Shown: one piece after another, positions 53,316-61,558 of the stretch | Position numbering within the stretch: the stretch's first letter is position 1 | Layout: every line of letters begins with the position of its first letter | IMG/VR virus record: IMGVR_UViG_3300028283_000231 | Length of the DNA stretch: 64,000 nucleotides | DNA from: a virus | Lineage: Duplodnaviria; Caudoviricetes | Direction: 5' to 3' (one strand) | The notes under the pieces: model-generated | What the model was told of the DNA's origin: nothing | Databases searched by the model: none | What the model saw: the letters and a program-made list of their open reading frames with translations, nothing else | Position numbers and translations under genes: made by a program

Positions 53316-53768
53316 AAATAAGGAGAAAAATATGCCACAGACATTTGAAGTTTATAGTTTTCCAGCTGACCTGGTTGTTACAGAAGAAATGGTTTTCAAT
53401 TTCACTAAGTTTATTGATTTTGATCTAAATAAAGCTATTCTTAAACATTATGATGTGAATGTTTTAGATGTTGAGACTTTCTATAAAATAATTAAAGATC
53501 TTATCAAAGAAGGAACCGTTGGGGGAGGCGATAGCAAATGGAGTGATAAATTATATAGAATAGTTGAAACTATTATGTATGATAAATATCTCTCTAAGAG
53601 TTTTGGTTTTTTCAAAGTCGATAAATATACAGACGAAGAAGGACATGATCAATATGATTATTACGAATACGTTAGCACTGAAAAACATATTAAAAATGCC
53701 ATAAGTGAGATTGAGAAACAAATCAAAGCACTTGAAAAATATGGTAAAAAAGTAAAATTCGAAATATC

Positions 53769-54746
53769 ATGACTAAAATAAGTAAATTTAAGAAACTTCT
53801 CTCTGAAGCTGTTGATATCGCTAGATCATACGGATTCGATATTACAGTTGAATCCATTATGGAGCGTTGGAGTGAAACACACAGGCATTGGCATACTCCA
53901 GATCATCTGAATGAAATGTTAGAAGGAGTTAAAGAACTATACAAGGATAAAAAAGTAAGTGAAAGGGAATACAATATCCTTATGATTGCCGCCATTTTCC
54001 ACGATATTGTTTACGACACTAAAAAGAAAGATAACGAGGAAAAAAGTGTTGAGTACATGATGTCCAAATTTAATAAAGAACTAATTGATACTAGAATATC
54101 TATATCTGATTGGAGAGTAGACGAAGATATAATTAAAATTACAGATGTTATAATGGGAACTAAAACCCACGATTCAATAGAAGGTCTATTGAAGAAATTC
54201 AATAAACTAGATACAGCTATACTCGACTCCCAATTTATTGATATGCTTGATTGGGAAAATAAAATCTATAAAGAATATAAATGGGTGGGTTGGAAAGAAT
54301 ATAAAAAAGGAAGAACTAAATTCCTTCTTAGTCAAATTAAAGGACACACTCATAACGTTTTAAATATTAAGAACTTAATCGATTATATTAATAAGAAGGT
54401 TCCAAAGACTGGTATTGTTTACTACGATATAGATAAACTACCAACTATTGAGAAGTTTATTGAGAACAACAATAAAGTCAATAATTTATTTGATAATGTT
54501 ATGACTTTAATTGTGTTTAATTCAGACAATTACAATAAAGAGAAGATTAAAGAGTACGGTATTTGTTCGGATGGTAACAATGAATTTTTTGCTCTTATGG
54601 AGGATTCTGTGATTGGTTTTGTAAGTAAGCAGACTGGTGATGTTACTATTGTGAAGGAAATGAAGTATATGGATAAATATAATAATAAGGCTTTGGATCA
54701 ACAATTAAGTACTAAGTTAGGAGATTTTAGAGTAATTTATATTTAA
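53769..54746 (+). CDS. HD-superfamily phosphohydrolase-like protein
   Basis: RHWHTPDHL, AIFHDIVYD, DNEEKS. Confidence 0.75.
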   Translation: MTKISKFKKLLSEAVDIARSYGFDITVESIMERWSETHRHWHTPDHLNEMLEGVKELYKDKKVSEREYNILMIAAIFHDIVYDTKKKDNEEKSVEYMMSKFNKELIDTRISISDWRVDEDIIKITDVIMGTKTHDSIEGLLKKFNKLDTAILDSQFIDMLDWENKIYKEYKWVGWKEYKKGRTKFLLSQIKGHTHNVLNIKNLIDYINKKVPKTGIVYYDIDKLPTIEKFIENNNKVNNLFDNVMTLIVFNSDNYNKEKIKEYGICSDGNNEFFALMEDSVIGFVSKQTGDVTIVKEMKYMDKYNNKALDQQLSTKLGDFRVIYI

Positions 54747-54795
54747 TTTTTTTATTCTGAGATTTATTTTTATCTTTGTATAAATAACAGGTATT

Positions 54796-54963
54796 ATGTT
54801 CACATCAACAGAAAATAAGATAAAGCTAACCATTGTTAAGGCTAATATCGCAAAGAGCGTTAGAGAGTTAGCGATCTTTTCTATCTTGGATGAAATCAAG
54901 AAGAAGGCTGGTGATAACTATATTCCTGCTGATCCTTACGGTGAAGAAATTTGGGATAAATGA
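54796..54963 (+). CDS. Small protein ending DPYGEEIWDK (not in the ORF track)
   Basis: Manual translation, 55 aa; TATCTTTG promoter at 54771. Confidence 0.7.
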   Translation: MFTSTENKIKLTIVKANIAKSVRELAIFSILDEIKKKAGDNYIPADPYGEEIWDK

Positions 54964-55211
54964 GAAATCTTAAAATAGGTAATAGGGTAAAATATAAGAA
55001 CAACGAAGGAGAAGTGTTTGATATACAGTATCAAAATTACGATCAAGTTGTTGGTGTAAAATTCGATAGACGTTGGCGTTGGGATATGCCTGAGTCTAAA
55101 GAGTTTTATTTTCATTATAATGCTATTAAGAAAATCATAGTTAGGGTTTTCAGTGCTGAAGATCCTTATGGTGAAGAAGATTGGGATTATTAACTATTAA
55201 TATAAATAAAA

Positions 55212-55394
55212 ATGAAAAAACTTTACAAATCAAAAAATGACGCTGTGATAAGTGGAGTATGTGGTGGTTTGGCTGAATATTTTAACATAGATTCATTTCT
55301 TGTTAGATTGTTATTCGTACTCTTTTCCTGGATGGGATTTTTCCCTGTATTTCTTTATCTTATTTTAATGTTAACTTTACCTGAAAAACCATAA
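55212..55394 (+). CDS. PspC-domain membrane protein
   Basis: KLYKS..D..ISGVCGGLAEYFNID..LVRLLFV. Confidence 0.88.
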   Translation: MKKLYKSKNDAVISGVCGGLAEYFNIDSFLVRLLFVLFSWMGFFPVFLYLILMLTLPEKP

Positions 55395-55398
55395 CGTT

Positions 55399-55926
55399 AT
55401 GATAACGATGTTTGTAACATACGATCTAGTATGTAAAGAGTACGAAAAAGAGTCTCAAGAACTCATTAATGTACTGAGAAATAGTAACAGTAAGTATAAA
55501 GACACCCCAGTTGAAAAACTCCATTGGGCATATTCTTTTTCTTATTTCAGAAAAAAGTCTGAAAACACACCTGAATATTACGAAACACTCTTTAAACTTC
55601 CCTTTGAGGAAAGATTAGAAGTGGAATTGAAAAGAGTTAGAGTAAGTCTAGCTTTATCTGCTGGATATTTCTATCTATCAGATAGGGTAACTAACGTTTC
55701 TGATTCAGTTAAAGAAACAGTTAGGCTTATCACTACACAGAAAATGGTAAACGAACAACAAATGATAGGTGACGAAAATGTACTCAACTCTATACCATTT
55801 GTTAAAAATGAAGAAAAACCACAACCAACATCTTTACAGGATCAGTTAAAACAAGCTATTGATACTGAGGATTATATGGAGGCGGCTAGGATTAGGGACG
55901 AAATTAAAAAATTACACGAGGCGTGA
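55399..55926 (+). CDS. Hypothetical protein with C-terminal UvrB/C (UVR) motif
   Basis: LQDQLKQAIDTEDYMEAARIRDEIK. Confidence 0.75.
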   Translation: MITMFVTYDLVCKEYEKESQELINVLRNSNSKYKDTPVEKLHWAYSFSYFRKKSENTPEYYETLFKLPFEERLEVELKRVRVSLALSAGYFYLSDRVTNVSDSVKETVRLITTQKMVNEQQMIGDENVLNSIPFVKNEEKPQPTSLQDQLKQAIDTEDYMEAARIRDEIKKLHEA

Positions 55927-56962
55927 CGATATTATTATATTTTGGATTAATATTTGCTTTTTATATTGTACCTATTGTAATAGTCTTTATCATTTCGCAT
56001 AATAGTAATGATTTTGAACTAAACAATAGAGGTATGGTAATTCATTTAATACCTCTTGTTGCTATTATCAGTTTGGTTATAATAGCTGCGTCTATTATTA
56101 AAGATTGGTGGGATGATAACGGATTTGAATTTACAATTATTGATAATGTTAAAGAGAGTTTAAGAGAAAGAAAAATAAGAAAAGAAAAGAGAAAAAGGGA
56201 TTTAGAAGAAAGATTAAGGAAGATAAAGTTGGGTATTATTAAGATTTCACCTCAAGATCCGTATGGTGAAGAAAATTGGGATTAATATGTTACCAAAAAC
56301 TAAAAGAGAAAAATTATTATATTTCATGCCAAGTGATGTGAAAGAAGTTTGGGATAAATTAGAACAAAATGTGCAAGAAAATATAATAGGCGCTTCTGAA
56401 TTTTATATTCTTGATAGTTCATGGAAAGTGGAACAGTTTTGGAAGACTAGACGATTAGATTTATATATAAAAAAGGTCATTAAAAGAATATTCAGCGCTG
56501 AAGACCCTTACGGTGAAGAAAATTGGGATTAAAAGATTTATATATAAATAAAAAAGATTTAAATAAATTATGAACATTAAATTTAATACCTTTTTAAACG
56601 AAGAAATGACTCATAAAGAACTAGCGGAAGATCTAAAAACAGCAAAATTCATTCAAGTTGAATTCGTTGGTAAAGGTAAAAATTGGGGACTAACATATAC
56701 CAAAGACGGTGAAAAACACGAAGAAGGTGGGTTTAATACTAACGCTGATGTTCATAATTTCTTAGTAGATAACGATATAGATTACGGTGGTAAGCCAGGT
56801 TATTTACAGATGAAGGGGTTTAGGGATAAACAAATCGCCAAAGTACCTTTTGGTAATTATCAAAGGCAATTGATGGATAACGGAATAGATCCAGAATTAT
56901 TGATGTAAATTTTTTTTATATAGAAAAGAAGCTTATATTTGTATTAGTAATTATCAGTGAAC

Positions 56963-57108
56963 AGATTTTTATTGAAACTAGTGTAACAAGATACGATCCA
57001 AAAATTAGCACGTCTTTAGCGGTAGTAAACCTATAACGATTGGATGATACAGAGGCCAATTACAAGAAAGAGCGGTGGAGAATCGGGAGTCCGCATCAAT
57101 AAAAGTCT
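56963..57108 (+). ncRNA. Candidate structured ncRNA (about 145 nt)
   Basis: 13-bp closing stem, nested stems, downstream of TATATTTG promoter (56934). Confidence 0.5.
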
Positions 57109-57451
57109 TTAAATTTAATTTTATGAAAAAAGAAGCCTGTAAATTCGCTAAGTGGTTAGGTAAAAACGGTTGGTATTGCATTTCTCATAGTGGTAAACTT
57201 TGGGAAAGACCCAATGATATTAAACACCCAAAGAAAGGTGTGTATCATATGACTATTGATGAACTTTATGATGAGTATAATGGAGAAAAATAAAGTGTGT
57301 GGGAATTGCGTACATTGTAAACCTTTTTACGACGTGAACACTGTTTGTTTCATTGGCCATCCAATGAGATATAAATCTGTTAAGAAAACAGATAGTTGTG
57401 ATAAATTCAAAAAGAAATAACATAAATTTTTTTTAAATTGGAAAACTTTCG

Positions 57452-57459
57452 TATCTTTG
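57452..57459 (+). promoter_or_regulatory. Bacteroidota-type sigma-A -7 element TAnnTTTG (representative copy)
   Basis: Also intergenic at 38895, 44784, 46021, 54771, 56934, 63745 (+) and 2507, 9017 (-); 57452 and 63745 share 21 identical nt. Confidence 0.75.
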
Positions 57460-58024
57460 TATTCTAAATCCAAACCTATGAAAAAATTTCTGTTTTATAA
57501 GAAAAATTTAAATACAGGAAGAGTAAGGAAACATCCATTTTTCACAGTAGAATGTGAAAATATAGATGAAGCAAAGAAAGCTTTTGAAGCTAAAAATGAA
57601 TTAGTGTTTAAAGAAACTGAAACATATATTATAAAATGAACAAGAATACAGCTAATAAATTGTGGATGGATTTATATTTTGGTATAAGTCCTTTGTGTTT
57701 CTCCTTATCAAAAGATGGTAATGATTACGCAATCATCTTCAAACCAACAAAAGAAAAAGTACTCACTTTCGAAGAAGGAGTTAATTTGGCAACTAAACAC
57801 AATCTTATAAAAGTAAAGAAATGATAGAAAAAAGATTTGATTTTATTCTCGAAGATCTCAATGAGATCGAATCCACTCTTCAAAAGATAGGAGTTGATAC
57901 AGAGAACATTATGACGGAAGGCGGTGATTTCTTAATCACTTTATTCAATAACATTAGAATAGCTTGTGATCTTAAAGACGACGAACCAGATAACTGGTAA
58001 TGGAAAAAAGTGATATTTTTGATT

Positions 58025-58041
58025 AAATATATAAAACAAAG
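58025..58041 (+). promoter_or_regulatory. Promoter of tRNA-Leu operon
   Basis: Identical 17-mer to 46163-46179. Confidence 0.7.
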
Positions 58042-58067
58042 TAATAATAATACAATATATAAAACAT

Positions 58068-58136
58068 ATGAATAACATTCTACATATTAACCTTCTGAAC
58101 AGTTTATGCCTCTTGGGTATAAAGTTGATTGGGTGA
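58068..58136 (+). CDS. Attenuator leader peptide 2 (MNNILHINLLNSLCLLGIKLIG)
   Basis: 7 of 22 codons are Leu: CTA, CTT, CTG, TTA, CTC, TTG, TTG; antiterminator segment tgattgggt (58126-58134) overlaps the stop codon. Confidence 0.85.
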   Translation: MNNILHINLLNSLCLLGIKLIG

Positions 58137-58172
58137 AGTATGTGTGGATGTCTCAAAAGGAGCTTCGAACTC

Positions 58173-58206
58173 AAACCCAATCAGCAATGATTGGGTTTTT
58201 TGTTTT
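58173..58206 (+). terminator. Intrinsic terminator/attenuator before tRNA-Leu operon
   Basis: aaacccaatca-gcaa-tgattgggttt plus U-tract. Confidence 0.9.
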
Positions 58207-58234
58207 TATGTTCTTTAACATTTTGAAATAATAA

Positions 58235-58375
58235 AGATTGCTTACAGCAAACAAAACGGCTCCCGCCAAAAATTGGGAGAGTAGTGTAAGGGTAACACAC
58301 CATTGGACGCAGAGAAAAAGCAAAGATGGAGAATGTTGGTTCGAGTCCAACCTTATTTTAAAAAGGCAATCTGTT
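58235..58375 (+). ncRNA. ACAGCAA-motif stem enclosing a degenerate tRNA
   Basis: agattgctt/aggcaatct stem, ACAGCAA, internal D-arm-like and T-arm (gttggttcgagtccaac) elements. Confidence 0.5.
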
Positions 58376-58378
58376 TAT

Positions 58379-58460
58379 GCCCTTGTGGCGGAATTGGTAG
58401 ACGCGCTAGACTTAGGATCTAGTGTCTCCGGATGTGCAGGTTCGAGTCCTGTCAAGGGCA
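58379..58460 (+). tRNA. tRNA-Leu(TAG)
   Basis: ctaga-ctTAGga-tctag, long variable arm. Confidence 0.93.
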
Positions 58461-58465
58461 CAAAA

Positions 58466-58549
58466 GCGGTTATGGCGGAATTGGTAGACGCGCCAGCTTG
58501 AGGGGCTGGTGTCCGCAAGGACGTAGGGGTTCGAGTCCCCTTAACCGCA
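58466..58549 (+). tRNA. tRNA-Leu(GAG)
   Basis: ccagc-ttGAGgg-gctgg, long variable arm. Confidence 0.93.
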
Positions 58550-58551
58550 CA

Positions 58552-58670
58552 ATGAAGTATGACGAAGAGGTAGACGTATTACCCGCCAAGGGTAAACATG
58601 GGAAAGACCGAAGTACAAGGGCTAACCGCTGATAAATCAGTCTTATAGGTTCGAATCCTATTACTTCATT
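58552..58670 (+). ncRNA. Enlarged tRNA-like RNA
   Basis: atgaagt/acttcat acceptor, intact T-arm, non-canonical anticodon loop, about 45 nt of extra structure. Confidence 0.5.
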
Positions 58671-58675
58671 TACAA

Positions 58676-58759
58676 GCCGATGTGGCGGAACTGGTAGACG
58701 CGCCACACTCAAAATGTGGTGTCCGCAAGGGCGTGTGGGTTCGAGTCCCACCTTCGGTA
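58676..58759 (+). tRNA. tRNA-Leu(CAA)
   Basis: ccaca-ctCAAaa-tgtgg, long variable arm. Confidence 0.93.
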
Positions 58760-58765
58760 CAAAAT

Positions 58766-58838
58766 GACTCTGTAGCCTAATTGGTAGTGGCGTTGGGTTT
58801 AAGCCCCAAATATCTCGGTTCGACTCCGTGCAGGGTTA
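58766..58838 (+). tRNA. tRNA with Leu(TAA) anticodon and short variable arm
   Basis: ttggg-ttTAAgc-cccaa; 4-nt variable region; A73. Confidence 0.8.
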
Positions 58839-58843
58839 CAAAT

Positions 58844-58917
58844 GGCTCTATGGCGTAATAGCGTAGTCGCGCAAGTCTTAGAAACTTGATGTCCCAGTTC
58901 GAGTCTGGGTAGGGCCA
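58844..58917 (+). tRNA. tRNA with Leu(TAG) anticodon and short variable arm
   Basis: caagt-ctTAGaa-acttg; 4-nt variable region; A73. Confidence 0.8.
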
Positions 58918-58972
58918 CAAATATGAAACAATGGGACCATATAATTTTTATATATAAGAATAAAACTCATAT

Positions 58973-59743
58973 ATGGAACAATTCATTTACACTTTAACAG
59001 ATCCAGAAGACGGTGATATAAAATATATTGGAAAAACTAACAATATTGAAAAAAGAATTAAAAGACATTATTCTGATTATTATATTCAGTTGGAACCTTG
59101 GACAAAAAAGAATAAATGGTTAAAATATTTAAAAAATAAAAAATTGGTTCCGATTATAGAAATATTGGATATTGGTGATGATAATAATATCAATAATTTA
59201 GAAAAATATTGGATATGCCAATTTAAAGTTTGGGGATTCAAGTTAAAGAATCAGACTGATGGAGGTGATGGAGTATCTTGGTTAGGTAAAAAACACAGTG
59301 ATGAAAGTAAAAGATTGATGAAAATATCTAACACTAGAAAAAGGTCAATAATAATGTATGATTTAAATTTAAATCCAATAATAAAATTTATTAGCATAAG
59401 AGGGGCTGAGAGAGAAACTGGAATATTTAGACAACAAATAAAATTTAGTTGCGATTTAAAAGGTAGTGCCGGCGGTTGTTATTTTAGATATGATGAAAAC
59501 AATTCGAATATTCTTGAAGATAAAAACTGGAGAGATTATATAAATATAAGAAATTATGGAAAATTTGATAAAAATCTAGATAAAGAATATTTTGAAACAG
59601 TTGTTAAAAAATCAAAATCATACCGTGATGTAGTTGATAATTTGAATGTTAATTATGATAGTAAAGTGAAACACCATGTTTATAGAATCATAAAAAAATA
59701 CAATATAAATATAGATCATTTCACAAGAAAGGAAAAGAAATGA
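58973..59743 (+). CDS. GIY-YIG homing endonuclease
   Basis: FIYTLTDP..IKYIGKT; LKNQTDGGDG; own ATATATA promoter. Confidence 0.88.
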   Translation: MEQFIYTLTDPEDGDIKYIGKTNNIEKRIKRHYSDYYIQLEPWTKKNKWLKYLKNKKLVPIIEILDIGDDNNINNLEKYWICQFKVWGFKLKNQTDGGDGVSWLGKKHSDESKRLMKISNTRKRSIIMYDLNLNPIIKFISIRGAERETGIFRQQIKFSCDLKGSAGGCYFRYDENNSNILEDKNWRDYINIRNYGKFDKNLDKEYFETVVKKSKSYRDVVDNLNVNYDSKVKHHVYRIIKKYNINIDHFTRKEKK

Positions 59744-61266
59744 AGAAAAAAATGTTTGTGGTTCCGATGATACCATACCCTAGCGGTAATATCCATATGG
59801 GTCATATGAGAAATTACACCATATCTGACGCTATAGCCAGGTACTGGAGAAATAAAGGATACGAAGTTTGCCACCCTATTGGATGGGATTCCTTTGGTAT
59901 GCCAGCAGAAAACGCAGCTATCAAAAATAACATTCATCCTAAAGAATGGACAGATGCCAATATTGATAACATGCGAAACCAAATGAAAAGAATGAATATG
60001 TCTTTTGATTGGGACAAAGAAATATCTACATGTGAAGTTGATTACTGGCAACACGAACAAAGATTCTTTATAGACGCTTGGAAAGCAGGGTTCATTGAGA
60101 AGAAAATTGGCATAGTAAACTGGGACCCAGTGGATCAAACAGTTATGGCATCAAATCAAGTTATCGATGGAAAGGGTTGGAGATCAGGAGCTAAGATTGA
60201 GAAGAAAGAGATGGTTCAATATTATTTCAAAACTACTATGTTTGCTGATGAGATGTATGAATCAATAAAAGATATTGAGAATGATTGGCCCGAAATCATA
60301 ACAAAACAACAAAAACAATTTATTAAAAACGGTATTAGGGAAGGAGACGAAGTAAGACCTTTCGCAGATTGGTGTATTTCAAGACAAAGATTTTGGGGAA
60401 CTCCGATTCCTATGATTAATTGTCCAAAATGTGGCACTGTTCCAAACGAACAAATACCAGTTATTGCTCCACATGACGTAGAATTTAACGGTAAAGGTAA
60501 TCCTATCGATAATCATCCAACTTGGAAATATATTAAATGTCCAGTTTGTGGCAGTGACGCTGAAAAAGAAACAGATACTATGGACACATTCGTACAATCA
60601 AGCTGGTACTTCATTCGTTACATATCAGACTTTAATGGTGTTAGATTTGATTGGGATAAGATAAAACATTGGTTTCCAATTGATTATTATATTGGTGGAG
60701 CTGAGCACGCTACTGGTCATATGATTTATGCCAGATTTTTCTGGAGGATTTTTAAGAAGATGGGATATATTCCAGAGGATGCTCCCACTGAACCTTTTGG
60801 TAAGGTTATTACTCAGGGTATGGTGAAGAAGGATGGTAAGAAAATGTCTAAAAATTTTGGTAACGGGGTATCTCCAGATGAAATGGTGGAGAAGTATGGT
60901 AGTGATGTAATAAGAATGTATATTATGTTTGCTGGTCCTCCTGATCAAGATTTTGAGTGGATTGATGATAATATATCTGGTTGTAATAGATTTTTCAAGA
61001 AATTCAAGAATGGGTTTGAAAGAACTAAAGGGATGGTTTATGTAGAGAATAAGAAGAATGAAGATTGGGCGAAGAATAGAATAGAAGTGATGAAACAGAG
61101 AACTAAAGATGTTTACGAAAGGACATATAAGTTTAATACTATTGTATCTACGGCGATGGAAACTTATAACGCCATATCGAAGACAACAGATATAAACATT
61201 TGGAGGAATGGTTATGATGCTATTATGGACGCGATGGAGCCAATTGCACCGGGATTCAGAACGTAA
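59740..61266 (+). CDS. leuS: Leucyl-tRNA synthetase lacking CP1 editing, Leu-specific and C-terminal domains (508 aa)
   Basis: PYPSGNIHMGH, GWDSFGMPAENAA, DWCISRQRFWGTPIP, TMDTFVQSSWY, YIGGAEHA, KMSK. Confidence 0.92.
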   Translation: MKKKMFVVPMIPYPSGNIHMGHMRNYTISDAIARYWRNKGYEVCHPIGWDSFGMPAENAAIKNNIHPKEWTDANIDNMRNQMKRMNMSFDWDKEISTCEVDYWQHEQRFFIDAWKAGFIEKKIGIVNWDPVDQTVMASNQVIDGKGWRSGAKIEKKEMVQYYFKTTMFADEMYESIKDIENDWPEIITKQQKQFIKNGIREGDEVRPFADWCISRQRFWGTPIPMINCPKCGTVPNEQIPVIAPHDVEFNGKGNPIDNHPTWKYIKCPVCGSDAEKETDTMDTFVQSSWYFIRYISDFNGVRFDWDKIKHWFPIDYYIGGAEHATGHMIYARFFWRIFKKMGYIPEDAPTEPFGKVITQGMVKKDGKKMSKNFGNGVSPDEMVEKYGSDVIRMYIMFAGPPDQDFEWIDDNISGCNRFFKKFKNGFERTKGMVYVENKKNEDWAKNRIEVMKQRTKDVYERTYKFNTIVSTAMETYNAISKTTDINIWRNGYDAIMDAMEPIAPGFRT

Positions 61267-61558
61267 AAAATATATATAGAAATAAAAACAAATTATGAAA
61301 GTTTTTGTTAAGATTTTATTAGTGATTATATATTTAGTTGTTGTTCTATGGGCCATTGGACAAAGTATAGACACATTACCATTCCATTTTGCTGATTTTC
61401 TAGTTGCTTTATTTGCTTTTGGTGGTATAATATATTGGGCAGAGCTTGACGTAGAATATATTTTTAAGTTCATTGATTGGTTAAAAAGTAAGAAGAAATC
61501 TTAAAAATGGATAAATATCAAACTTTTCCTGTTATATATAATATGTATATCGTAGAAC

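Noticed and set aside
58379-58917. tRNAs with TAG or TAA anticodons as stop-codon suppressors, or a recoded genome
   Set aside because: Anticodons TAG and TAA read CTA and TTA (Leu). No CTA, TTA or TCA anticodon was found, and genes are full length under code 11.
60625-61473. 282-aa minus-strand ORF
   Set aside because: Antisense to leuS, with composition typical of a shadow frame.
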